This document shows positions 1 to 8,472 of a DNA stretch of 64,000 nucleotides, in pieces. Under the pieces are notes generated by a model, which did no database searches, was not told the DNA's origin, and saw only the letters and a program-made list of their open reading frames with translations. The stretch spans positions 8,349-72,348 of the forward strand of contig JAHWKU010000007.1 of assembly GCA_019347715.1 (NCBI GenBank), in the 5' to 3' direction. The position numbers and the translations under genes were made by a program. Each line of letters starts with the position of its first letter. The stretch's first letter is position 1. The stretch is from Actinomycetota bacterium. Its GTDB lineage: Bacteria; Actinomycetota; CADDZG01; JAHWKV01.

Positions 1-53
1 TCGGCAAGATCTGACCTTCCTCCGATTCGCTCACGAAGCTCTCTATCGCTCAT
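1..53 (-). CDS. 5' end of the next his-operon gene, probably histidinol-phosphate aminotransferase (truncated by window edge)
   Basis: ATG at 53-51 overlaps the hisD stop (ATGA) and reads MSDRELRERIGGRSDLA. hisD-hisC order is typical of actinobacteria, but only 17 codons are visible. Confidence 0.5.
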   Translation of the reverse strand, partial: MSDRELRERIGGRSDLA

Positions 54-1327
54 AGCTCCCCGCTATTCTGATCGAAGCGCGCCTCAACCGCCCGCGCGTG
101 GTTCGGGAGCCCCTCAACGTCAGCAAATGCTCGGATCGCGTCACGGGAGCGTTGGAGTGAATCCCTCGTGTGGACAACCACGGCGCTGGTTTTCTGGAAA
201 TGAGACGCTCTCAGCCCCGAGGCCCACCTTGCTGCCCCTCCAGTCGGCAGGACATGGTTGGTCCCAGCGAAGTAATCGCCGAGAGAAACCGGAGAGTAGG
301 TGCCGGCGAAAATAGCCCCTGCATTTTGGAAACGGTGCAGCTCCTCTTCGGCTCCGTCAAACACCAGCTCGAGATGTTCGGGAGCGAGAGCGTTCATGGC
401 CTCGGCAGCGTGATCGAGTCCATGCACCAAAGCTGCGACGAAGCCCTCATCGAGGGCTGATCGCAGCTCTGCGGGGGCTTCGATCTCATCGAGAACGAGG
501 GAAACTTCGGCAGCGACTTGCTCCGCCATGTGTTCGACCCACGTCACCAGCACCCCAAGCCCATGGGGACCGTGTTCGGCCTGGGCAATCAGATCATGGG
601 CCATGACTCTTGGAGATGAGGTCTGATCGGCGACAATCGCGATCTCACTTGGTCCTGCCACGGAGTCGATGCCAACATGGCCGGCAACCTCTCGTTTGGC
701 GAGAGCCACATAAACATTGCCCGGTCCAACGATCACCTGAACGGGCCGGATCGTTTCGGTCCCGAAAGCGAGCGCGGCGATCGCTTGGGCCCCTCCGATC
801 GCATAGACCTCATCGATGCCGCATATTCCGGCCGCTGCCAGAGTCACGGAAGGAATCGTGCCGCCGGCGCCGGGGGGCACACACAGAACGATCTCTTTCA
901 CCCCGGCGACCTTCGCCGGGATCACCGTCATCAGCACGGAAGATGGATATGCTGCTCTTCCCCCGGGAACGTATGCCCCGGCGCGGCCCACCGGGGAGAC
1001 CTGCTCCCCTATCCGCCCGCCTCCAACCTCGGCCGTCCATGGCTCGATCAGCTGGCGTTCGGCGAATGCCCGGATACGAACCGAAGCGTCTTCGATTGCT
1101 CCTCGGATACCGTCGGGCAGACTCTTAGAGGCCTCGCCGATATCGGCCTCGGGGACCCTGAGGTTCTCGAGAGCCACACCATCGAAGCGCTTCGTATATT
1201 CGAAGAGAGCTGCGTCCCCCCTGGTTCTTACGTCCTCGAGGATCTCGCGCACGGCGGTCACTGGGCCCTCTGCGACTGGCGGTCTCGTGAGGCCCTCTGG
1301 GTCATCTCTCAGATCGACGATGCGCAA
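50..1327 (-). CDS. hisD: histidinol dehydrogenase
   Basis: Motifs YVPGGRAAYPSSVLM, GPGNVYVALAK, AGPSE, QAEH, APEHLEL, GDYxAGTNHVLPT. Start moved to TTG at 1327 (AGGAG SD upstream), since the track's start at 1678 overlaps the upstream gene. Confidence 0.95.
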   Translation of the reverse strand: MRIVDLRDDPEGLTRPPVAEGPVTAVREILEDVRTRGDAALFEYTKRFDGVALENLRVPEADIGEASKSLPDGIRGAIEDASVRIRAFAERQLIEPWTAEVGGGRIGEQVSPVGRAGAYVPGGRAAYPSSVLMTVIPAKVAGVKEIVLCVPPGAGGTIPSVTLAAAGICGIDEVYAIGGAQAIAALAFGTETIRPVQVIVGPGNVYVALAKREVAGHVGIDSVAGPSEIAIVADQTSSPRVMAHDLIAQAEHGPHGLGVLVTWVEHMAEQVAAEVSLVLDEIEAPAELRSALDEGFVAALVHGLDHAAEAMNALAPEHLELVFDGAEEELHRFQNAGAIFAGTYSPVSLGDYFAGTNHVLPTGGAARWASGLRASHFQKTSAVVVHTRDSLQRSRDAIRAFADVEGLPNHARAVEARFDQNSGEL

Positions 1328-1368
1328 TTTGATCTCCTGACTCGAGTGTATGGGGAAAGCCTGGTGGC

Positions 1369-1884
1369 TTACAGGAAAGCAGACTCGCCGCTGTGATCCT
1401 CTTTTGAGTCGAGGACGCGGCGATGAGTCACCGGATGTCGTTGCCCTTGCAGCGTCCACCAAACCCACAGCAGGACTACCAGGGCGAGAACGGGGGCGAA
1501 CACAAGCGGAGTGTCGATGATCCAGTGGCTCCCCGGGAGCCTTCCGGTGAGCAGATCGCCGATATGAGTGGCGGCATGAGACGCATATGAGACGAGCGTT
1601 ACGACCAGTGCAACTCCTCCGAAACGCACCGGGTTCGTCAGTGCGAAGAGGAAAAGTATTCCTCCAGCCAGGTACCATCCACCGAGGTCTCGGACGAAGT
1701 GCTCGTTCAACACGCCGGTGTCGCCAATTGCTCCGGGGAATACCTCGAACCAGTTAGCCGGCGCCGCCACCATCCACGCGCCCACGGCGAGGCTCATGAT
1801 CCCGCCGATGCCGAATCCCAGCTTGAGGAGTTTTTCCAGTACCGAAGCGAGGTCGCTCTGCGCTTCAGTCGCGGTTGTGCTCAT
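1369..1884 (-). CDS. hypothetical four-helix membrane protein (DUF4345-like)
   Basis: Four hydrophobic segments and an NEHFVRDLG motif. Confidence 0.65.
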   Translation of the reverse strand: MSTTATEAQSDLASVLEKLLKLGFGIGGIMSLAVGAWMVAAPANWFEVFPGAIGDTGVLNEHFVRDLGGWYLAGGILFLFALTNPVRFGGVALVVTLVSYASHAATHIGDLLTGRLPGSHWIIDTPLVFAPVLALVVLLWVWWTLQGQRHPVTHRRVLDSKEDHSGESAFL

Positions 1885-1945
1885 GATCAGATTGTACTTC
1901 CGCCCCTAGAGAAACCGTCCGCATTCCTAGTGGGCCCACTGGCCA

Positions 1946-4900
1946 TTACTCGACCAGGGCGTCCGGGCCGAAAACTGTCTTCAGCTCCGCGAAAAGCCCG
2001 TTTCTGAGCTCGACCGAGTAGCCCCCTCCGAGCCTCAAGATCTTGATCGTTCTCTGCGTCGCAAGATGGAGCAAAACAGGGGAAGGCCCGGGATGTGCCG
2101 AGAGGATCGCCTTCAATTCTTCCAAACGGTCCGGAGTGCATGAGGATGCCGGCATCTTGATCTTGAGAGGAGTAACCGCCCCTGAGAGATCCGGTTTGAT
2201 CACCTCGAGTGCAGCCAGCTTGACCGCGTCATCACCGGATTCGACTCTGGCCTTCAGGATCACGATCTGGTCCTCCTCGATCAGCCCCGGAGTAGTGGCC
2301 TGGACAACCTGCGGCCAGAAGTTCACCTCGACCGAGCCTTTCAAGTCTTCGAGGACCCCGGTGAAATAGAGATCTCCCTTCTTGGTGAACTTTCGCGTCA
2401 ACCTCGAGAGCACTCCGCCTACCTTTCGGACTTCCCGGTCTCTTACCTCGTCGAGATCTGGCACCTCACAATCAGCCTGATAGCGGATAGCGGTCTCGAA
2501 CGCGCCAAGTGGATGCTCCGAAACGTAAAAACCCAGCATCTCCTTCTCCGCTCGCAAGAGGTCTCTGTTGGGTATCTCGATGAATTCTGCAGGATGATGA
2601 AATCCGTTCTCACGTTGTTCGGGATTCTCTTTTGCTCCGGCAAACAGCGAGAACTGGCCCGCGTCCTCTGATCGCTTTTCCTGAACGATCCCCTCGAGGG
2701 TTCTCACCGTCGGCTCGGAAATAGTCAGTCCACCTGTAGTGGAATCAACCGACAGCAGAGCCGAACGGGAAATCGCAAGCGAGTCGAATGCTCCAGCCTT
2801 TCCGAGGCTCTCGATAACTTTCTTGTTCAGACATGATGACTCCACACGTTTGCAGAAGTCTCTGAAGGAACTGAAGCTTCCTCCTGCGGAACGTCTTGCC
2901 TGAATTATGCGCTCCGCAACCTGTTCCCCGACGTTACGGATAGCAGATAGGCCGAACAGGACCTCGTCCCCCCGAGGGGTGAAGTCGAGGTCGCTCTCGT
3001 TTACGTCCGGAGGCAGCACTTTGATCCCGAGCACCCGGCACTCACCCAGGTAGATGGGCATGCGGTCGGTGTTCGACTTGACCGACGTGAGTAATGCGGC
3101 CATGTACTCGACCGGGTAATGAGCTTTCAGCCATGCAGTCTGGTAGGCAATGACTCCGTACCCGTTGGCGTGGGCGCGGTTGAAGGAATATCCCGCGAAT
3201 GGACGAATCAGCTCCCACAATCCATCAGCTTCCTGCTGGGTCAGACCACTGGCCAGGCATCCCTTGGTGAATCGTGGCCTGGCCGTCGCAAGAATGTCGC
3301 TCTTCTTCTTTGCAATCCCGCGCTGAACGATGTCGGCTTCCTGCGGAGAAAATCCGGCGATCGTCTGGAGCATTTGCGTGACCTGCTCCTGGTACACGAT
3401 CACCCCGTTGGTGTCAGAGAGGACCGGCTCGAGCAATCGGTGGAAATAGGAGATCGTGTCAGGTTGGTGCTTTCCCTTCACGTAGCGACCGATCTCTTCC
3501 ATGGGCCCCGGACGGTATAGAGCGATAAGGGCGGCTATCTCTTCAAAACGATCCGGTCGCAGCTGCCGCAGCAGGCGGGTCATGCCCGCCGACTCCATCT
3601 GAAAGACGCCGGCGGAACTTCCGCTCCTCAACAGCTCGAATACCTTGGGGTCATCCAGAGGGAGATGATCGACGTCGACCTCGACTCCGCGGTTGCGCTT
3701 GATGTGTTCGACAGTGTCGCCGATGACGGTGAGGTTGCGCAGCCCAAGAAAGTCGATCTTCAGCAGGCCGATCTGCTCGACTGCATTCATTTCGTATTGG
3801 GTCACGATGTCACCGTCGGTCCGTTGCAGCGGAACGTGGTTCACAAGCGGCTCGCGGCCGATGACAACTCCTGCCGCATGCACCGAGTGCTGGCGCCGCA
3901 AGCCCTCGAGCTTTCGCGCCGCGTCGATTACCTGACGGGAGATCTCGTCTTCTTCATAGGCCTTTCGAAGCTCCGCAGCATTCGAATAAGCCTGGTTCCG
4001 TCCGCTGTCCTCGGGCCATTCCCTCGCCTTGTCGAAGCAGGCCTCGAACGGAGCCTCCTTCCCGAGGACGAGGGCTGGATAGACCTTGGCCAAGCGATCC
4101 CCAACCGAGTAAGGGAACCCGAGCACCCTTGCGGCGTCTCGCAGCGCCTGCTTGGCCTTGATCGTGGAAAACGTGATGATCTGAGCAACGCGGTCCTCGC
4201 CATATTTCTCACTCACATACCGGATCACTTCCCCGCGCCTTCGTTCGTCGAAGTCGATGTCGGCATCCGGCATCTGCTGCCGAGCGGGATTCAAGAATCT
4301 CTCGAAGCCAAGCCCCCAGCGGATAGGATCGAGGTCGGTGATGCTGAGGGAATAGGCAACGATCGAGCAGCCGACCGAGCCGCGGCCGGGGCCGACTCGA
4401 ATCCCCTGCTTCTTGGCCCATCCAACGAAATCCGCGACGATCAGAAAGTAACCGGCGAAGCCCATCTGCTCGATGACCTTCAGCTCACTGTCGATGCGTT
4501 CTCCGACCTGGTGGCTGATTTCTCCGTAGCGAAGCCTGGCACCATCGAATGTGGTTTTCCTCAAATGGGAGTCAAGGGTTTCGTCCTTTGGGACTTCGAA
4601 TATCGGCTGCAGCATCTGGTGCAGATCGATCTCGATATCGCACATCTCTGCGACCAACAGAGTGTTCTCAACGGCCTGGGGATATTCGACGAAGGCCGAC
4701 CGCATCTCCTCCGGACTCTTTAGATAGAACTCGTCGGTATCGAATTTCATCCGAGCTTCGTCCGACAGCTCCTTACCGGTTTGAATGCAGAGAAGGATGT
4801 CGTGGGCCTCGGCGTCGTCCTTGTGGGTGTAATGCGAGTCGTTGGTGGCAACGAGAGGAATCCCAAGGCGTCCGGCAATCGCTGCAAGCTGCTCGTTCAA

Positions 4901-5458
4901 TTCATGCTGTTCGGTGATGCCCTGGTTCTGCATCTCGATGAAGTAACGGTCTCCGAAGATCTCGCGGTATTCCTCTGCAACTTTGGTCGCTTCGTCGACT
5001 CTTCCCTGAACGATGTTCTTGGCTACCTCTCCGGACAGACACCCAGACAGAACCACAAGGCCATCCGAATAGGCTGCAAGCAGCTCCTTGTCCAGACGGG
5101 GCCTGCGGGAACGTGAGTCGTACCCTTCGAGATATCCGAGGGTAGATAGCTTCATGAGGTTCTTGTAGCCATCGGAGGTCGCGGCAAGCATCGTGAGGTG
5201 GTAGTACCAATCTTCACGCTGAGCCGGCCGGTCGAAGCGGCTCTTCGGAGCGACGTACCCTTCCATGCCGACTATGGGCTTTACTCCGGACGCTTTGCCC
5301 TGGAGATAAAAAGGGATCGCGCCGTACATCACGCCATGGTCCGTTAGAGCAATTGCCGGCATCCCGAGCTCGCCCACCCTCGAGAACATCTCCTTTATAC
5401 GGCTGGCCCCGTCCAGCATCGAGTACTCAGAGTGAGAATGGAGATGTACGAAGCTCAA
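1946..5458 (-). CDS. dnaE: DNA polymerase III alpha subunit, replicative DnaE1
   Basis: FVHLHSHSEYSMLDGA PHP start, GPGRGS, PDADIDF, KIDFLGL, FNRAHA, internal clamp motif QFSLF, OB fold; PHP metal ligands intact. Confidence 0.97.
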   Translation of the reverse strand: MSFVHLHSHSEYSMLDGASRIKEMFSRVGELGMPAIALTDHGVMYGAIPFYLQGKASGVKPIVGMEGYVAPKSRFDRPAQREDWYYHLTMLAATSDGYKNLMKLSTLGYLEGYDSRSRRPRLDKELLAAYSDGLVVLSGCLSGEVAKNIVQGRVDEATKVAEEYREIFGDRYFIEMQNQGITEQHELNEQLAAIAGRLGIPLVATNDSHYTHKDDAEAHDILLCIQTGKELSDEARMKFDTDEFYLKSPEEMRSAFVEYPQAVENTLLVAEMCDIEIDLHQMLQPIFEVPKDETLDSHLRKTTFDGARLRYGEISHQVGERIDSELKVIEQMGFAGYFLIVADFVGWAKKQGIRVGPGRGSVGCSIVAYSLSITDLDPIRWGLGFERFLNPARQQMPDADIDFDERRRGEVIRYVSEKYGEDRVAQIITFSTIKAKQALRDAARVLGFPYSVGDRLAKVYPALVLGKEAPFEACFDKAREWPEDSGRNQAYSNAAELRKAYEEDEISRQVIDAARKLEGLRRQHSVHAAGVVIGREPLVNHVPLQRTDGDIVTQYEMNAVEQIGLLKIDFLGLRNLTVIGDTVEHIKRNRGVEVDVDHLPLDDPKVFELLRSGSSAGVFQMESAGMTRLLRQLRPDRFEEIAALIALYRPGPMEEIGRYVKGKHQPDTISYFHRLLEPVLSDTNGVIVYQEQVTQMLQTIAGFSPQEADIVQRGIAKKKSDILATARPRFTKGCLASGLTQQEADGLWELIRPFAGYSFNRAHANGYGVIAYQTAWLKAHYPVEYMAALLTSVKSNTDRMPIYLGECRVLGIKVLPPDVNESDLDFTPRGDEVLFGLSAIRNVGEQVAERIIQARRSAGGSFSSFRDFCKRVESSCLNKKVIESLGKAGAFDSLAISRSALLSVDSTTGGLTISEPTVRTLEGIVQEKRSEDAGQFSLFAGAKENPEQRENGFHHPAEFIEIPNRDLLRAEKEMLGFYVSEHPLGAFETAIRYQADCEVPDLDEVRDREVRKVGGVLSRLTRKFTKKGDLYFTGVLEDLKGSVEVNFWPQVVQATTPGLIEEDQIVILKARVESGDDAVKLAALEVIKPDLSGAVTPLKIKMPASSCTPDRLEELKAILSAHPGPSPVLLHLATQRTIKILRLGGGYSVELRNGLFAELKTVFGPDALVE

Positions 5459-5478
5459 ACGGCCTCCAGAGCGGGAAA

Positions 5479-5496
5479 AATTACAGGCTTGTAGTT
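5479..5496. promoter_or_regulatory. palindromic operator AATTACA-GGCT-TGTAGTT (McdR/Rv1830-type) just downstream of the dnaE -10
   Basis: One mismatch to AATnACA-N4-TGTnATT; the same half-sites recur at 31160-31177. Confidence 0.65.
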
Positions 5497-5507
5497 CCGA
5501 CGACCCA

Positions 5508-5537
5508 TCCTACTAATCCTCTCCGACAGGCTCAAGA
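5508..5537 (-). promoter_or_regulatory. sigma-A-like promoter for dnaE
   Basis: Minus strand TTGAGC-N17-TAGGAT. Confidence 0.5.
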
Positions 5538-5568
5538 TTCTCCGAGACATTCCCCGAGATTGAGGGGT

Positions 5569-6300
5569 TCAGGAAGGGACGATTGCCCTGAACCGGTGCG
5601 TGTCGGGCGTAACGCCGGGGTCGTCGGGAACATCGACCAGGCGGATCCCGGCGACCTCTCCGGCCTTGGAGAGCGAGGCGTGGGTGCCTCTGACCACTAC
5701 GCCGTATACAACGGGCGCCTCGCCTTCCAGGATGGAGATGGCCCTCCTTCTGGATTCCGCGTCTTCCTGGTAGACCCTGCGGAACTCACCATCATTTACC
5801 GTCGGGATGATCTTCTCCAGCTCGGAAAGCTCCTCCTTTAAGGAAGCCAGGGTCTCCTGCCTGTAGGCATCGACGGAAGCCATGACGTCGCCCTCCGCTA
5901 AAGAGATCGACTCCGAGCTGTAGCCCGGCAGGGGAACGCGCACGTGAAGCGAGTGGGCATCGAGCTTGCTCGCTGCGAGGAACGATTCCGCCTGCCCCGC
6001 CGTTCTGTACGAATCGAACGAGACGACCGCGAAGGACTCCTCCCTTCCCGCTCCTGCTGAACGGTTTGCAAGCAATTCCTTTTTTCTCGCAACGTATTCC
6101 CCGATGTCCTCGTCCGGCCCGGGGCCGATCTCTCCCAGAGCGGCGGGGCCTTCGACGTCCGGCCGTAGATCCAGGTCGCTAGTCGGGGTAGTTCGATTCG
6201 AGATGACGACATTGGCAAGACCGCCGAGGAAGAGAATCGCACCAACCGTAAAGATCACGACTTCGGTCCGGTATCGAAGGAACGCGGTCTTGATTCTCAC
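5569..6300 (-). CDS. hypothetical protein with N-terminal TM anchor and coiled-coil segment
   Basis: GTGA overlap with the rluD stop; single hydrophobic helix; no recognised domain. Confidence 0.7.
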   Translation of the reverse strand: MRIKTAFLRYRTEVVIFTVGAILFLGGLANVVISNRTTPTSDLDLRPDVEGPAALGEIGPGPDEDIGEYVARKKELLANRSAGAGREESFAVVSFDSYRTAGQAESFLAASKLDAHSLHVRVPLPGYSSESISLAEGDVMASVDAYRQETLASLKEELSELEKIIPTVNDGEFRRVYQEDAESRRRAISILEGEAPVVYGVVVRGTHASLSKAGEVAGIRLVDVPDDPGVTPDTHRFRAIVPS

Positions 6301-7202
6301 TGCATCTCCCGTGCGATCTCTAAGGCGCTCACGAGATCCTCGGGAAGAGGGTCGGTCACCGAGATCTCAATCCCAGAGATGGGGTGGATGAATTCCAGCG
6401 CATAAGCGTGAAGAAATGGCCTTCTCAAACCGAGCGTCTCTGCCAGCGATCTGGCCTTGGCGCCGTAGGTTGTATCTCCAACCACGGGATGCTCTATGTG
6501 CGATAGGTGAACTCTCACCTGGTGGGTCCTGCCGGTGACCAGGGAGATGTCCAGCAAGGACAGGCGGCCTGCGATCTCCTCTATGACCCGAAACTCTGTC
6601 ACCGCGGCTTTTCCCGCCCCGACGACGGCCATCTTGGTCGGGTTCCTGGCACCACGCCCGATGGGCGCATCGATCCTGCCCCCCGGCACGTCGAACTTGC
6701 CTATCACTAGCGCTCGATAGGTTCTCTTGATCTCTCTCTTTTTCATCGATGCCACGAGCCCACGGTACGCGTCGTCGGTCTTCCCCACGACGAGCAAGCC
6801 CGATGTTCCCTTGTCCAGCCTGTGAACGATGCCGGGACGTTCTGCTCCTCCCGCGGGAGCAAGCGGCATGACGGAGCTCAACGCCTCTACCAGGGTTGTT
6901 CCTCTCGGCTTGCCCGCCGGATGTACGACGACTGATGAAGGCTTGGAGACGACCGCCAGATGCTCGTCGGAATATCTGATCGCGAACTTAGCCGGGATTG
7001 CAGAGGTAGCCGGGGACTCTTTGGTGATCTCCACCAGCTGGCTGCCGGCGACCCGGACAGACTTCTTGGCCTTCTTTCCATCTACGGTCACCAAGCCCGT
7101 ATCGATGAGACGTTGAGCTTCGGCGCGCGAGAAGTGTCCGGCAGATGCCAGCCATGCATCCAGCCGTTCGCCTTCATCGGTGGAAGAAACAACGAACCTC
7201 AC
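6297..7202 (-). CDS. rluD: RluA-family 23S rRNA pseudouridine synthase (RluD-like, S4 domain)
   Basis: RLDAWLA S4 domain, VHRLDKGTSG catalytic motif, TGRTHQVRVH, FLHA. Confidence 0.92.
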   Translation of the reverse strand: MRFVVSSTDEGERLDAWLASAGHFSRAEAQRLIDTGLVTVDGKKAKKSVRVAGSQLVEITKESPATSAIPAKFAIRYSDEHLAVVSKPSSVVVHPAGKPRGTTLVEALSSVMPLAPAGGAERPGIVHRLDKGTSGLLVVGKTDDAYRGLVASMKKREIKRTYRALVIGKFDVPGGRIDAPIGRGARNPTKMAVVGAGKAAVTEFRVIEEIAGRLSLLDISLVTGRTHQVRVHLSHIEHPVVGDTTYGAKARSLAETLGLRRPFLHAYALEFIHPISGIEISVTDPLPEDLVSALEIAREMQ

Positions 7203-7651
7203 TTCGACGGTTCCTCTTTCCCCGGCTGGACGACTGCGGCGGCGAACAGGACGATGACGCCAAGGACGATGGCCGAGTCCGCAATGTTGAAAGTTGGCCA
7301 GAACGAGAGGTCCAGGAAATCGATCACCCGTCCCCTCATAGGGGCCGGGGGCCGAACAAGCCGGTCGATGAGATTTCCGATCCCGCCCCCAAGCACCATT
7401 CCGAATGCGCCGGGATTTTGCAGGTCTCTCAGCGCCCAGACCACAACCACGACGACGATCGCAAGACTGGCCGCAAAGAAGAAGAGGGTTGCTCCGGGAA
7501 ACAGACCGAAGGCACCACCAGGGTTAGTCGTCAGTCTGATACCGAAAACGTCCCCGAGGATCGCAATCCGCTCCCCTGGATCGAGGTTCGCCACGACCCA
7601 AGCCTTCGAAAGCTGGTCTGCCGCTATCACGACTGCCGCGGTAACGAGCAT
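7199..7651 (-). CDS. lspA: lipoprotein signal peptidase II
   Basis: DQLSK, NPGGAFG, GGGIGNLIDR, VIDFL, FNIADS. Start placed at ATG 7651 to avoid overlap with the upstream gene. Confidence 0.93.
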   Translation of the reverse strand: MLVTAAVVIAADQLSKAWVVANLDPGERIAILGDVFGIRLTTNPGGAFGLFPGATLFFFAASLAIVVVVVVWALRDLQNPGAFGMVLGGGIGNLIDRLVRPPAPMRGRVIDFLDLSFWPTFNIADSAIVLGVIVLFAAAVVQPGKEEPSK

Positions 7652-7677
7652 GCCGGCGCGTGCTCGCCAGGTACTCC

Positions 7678-8310
7678 TTATCGGCGTTCTTCTCTTTTCT
7701 TGCAGTCCAGACAGAGCACCACGCTCGGGAGGGCTTTCAGACGGGCCGAATCGATTGGATTTCCGCATGACTCACAGACACCGTAGGTCCCTTCATCGAT
7801 CTTCTCAAGCGCCCGGTTCACCTTGACCAGCAGGTCCTGGACGTTGTTGGCGATGGAAAGGTCCTTCTCTCTCTCGAAAGTCGCGGATCCGGCATCAGCG
7901 TAATCGTCGGTGTCGTATCCGACTTCTCCGGAAACCTCAGATTGAGGAGACTGGAAAACCGATTCCTCGATGTCCTTCAATTGCTCTTCGAGCTCGGTCC
8001 GCTCGGTAACCAGGTTGTCTCGGATTGACTGAAGGGCAGTTGGGCTGAAGTGAACCCGCCTGGCTTTGGGCTTGGGCTTGACGGCCGGTTTGGGCTTGGC
8101 TTGAGGCTTTGTCTTTGGCGTGGCCGGCTTAGAAGAAGACGACTTGGCGCGAGGTGCAGCCTTCGGCTTGGCGGCAGACTTCCGTGTCGTCTTCTTCTTC
8201 GGAGCAGCAGCTGCCTTCTTTTTCACTGGCTTGGCTTTGGTCGACTTACGCGCGGCGGTTGCCGCCGGCTTCTTTTTCGATGAGATCTTTTTGGAAGGAT
8301 TCTTGGGCAT
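7678..8310 (-). CDS. TraR/DksA C4-zinc-finger protein with N-terminal histone-H1-like Lys/Ala/Pro domain (DdbA-like)
   Basis: Coiled-coil tip DYADAG, CESC...CLDC, RLKALP; K/A/P-rich N-terminus; same position as Streptomyces SCO2075. Confidence 0.88.
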   Translation of the reverse strand: MPKNPSKKISSKKKPAATAARKSTKAKPVKKKAAAAPKKKTTRKSAAKPKAAPRAKSSSSKPATPKTKPQAKPKPAVKPKPKARRVHFSPTALQSIRDNLVTERTELEEQLKDIEESVFQSPQSEVSGEVGYDTDDYADAGSATFEREKDLSIANNVQDLLVKVNRALEKIDEGTYGVCESCGNPIDSARLKALPSVVLCLDCKKREERR

Positions 8311-8374
8311 GTTCAAGGGAGAAAGATCGCGGGAGCCAGTACATTGATCGGTCCTACTGGCCGAAAGTCGGCGA

Positions 8375-8403
8375 AAGATAGCACGGAGGAGCGAGCGAGT
8401 CAA
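8375..8403 (-). promoter_or_regulatory. sigma-A-like promoter for the DksA-like/lspA/rluD genes
   Basis: Minus strand TTGACT-N17-TATCTT with extended TG. Confidence 0.6.
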
Positions 8404-8472
8404 AGACGTGGCGTTCTATAGTAGATAGCCACGCCGGGCATCCCGCCCGGCGCGTTGACTTATGGGGCAAAG

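Noticed and set aside
3665..4723. Long antisense ORFs (also 50551-51927, 9574-10509, 6960-7826, 36309-37133)
   Set aside because: Lie opposite well-supported genes, show no motifs, and are expected in high-GC DNA
1946..5458. Intein in DnaE
   Set aside because: Length of 1170 aa is normal and no intein splice motifs are visible
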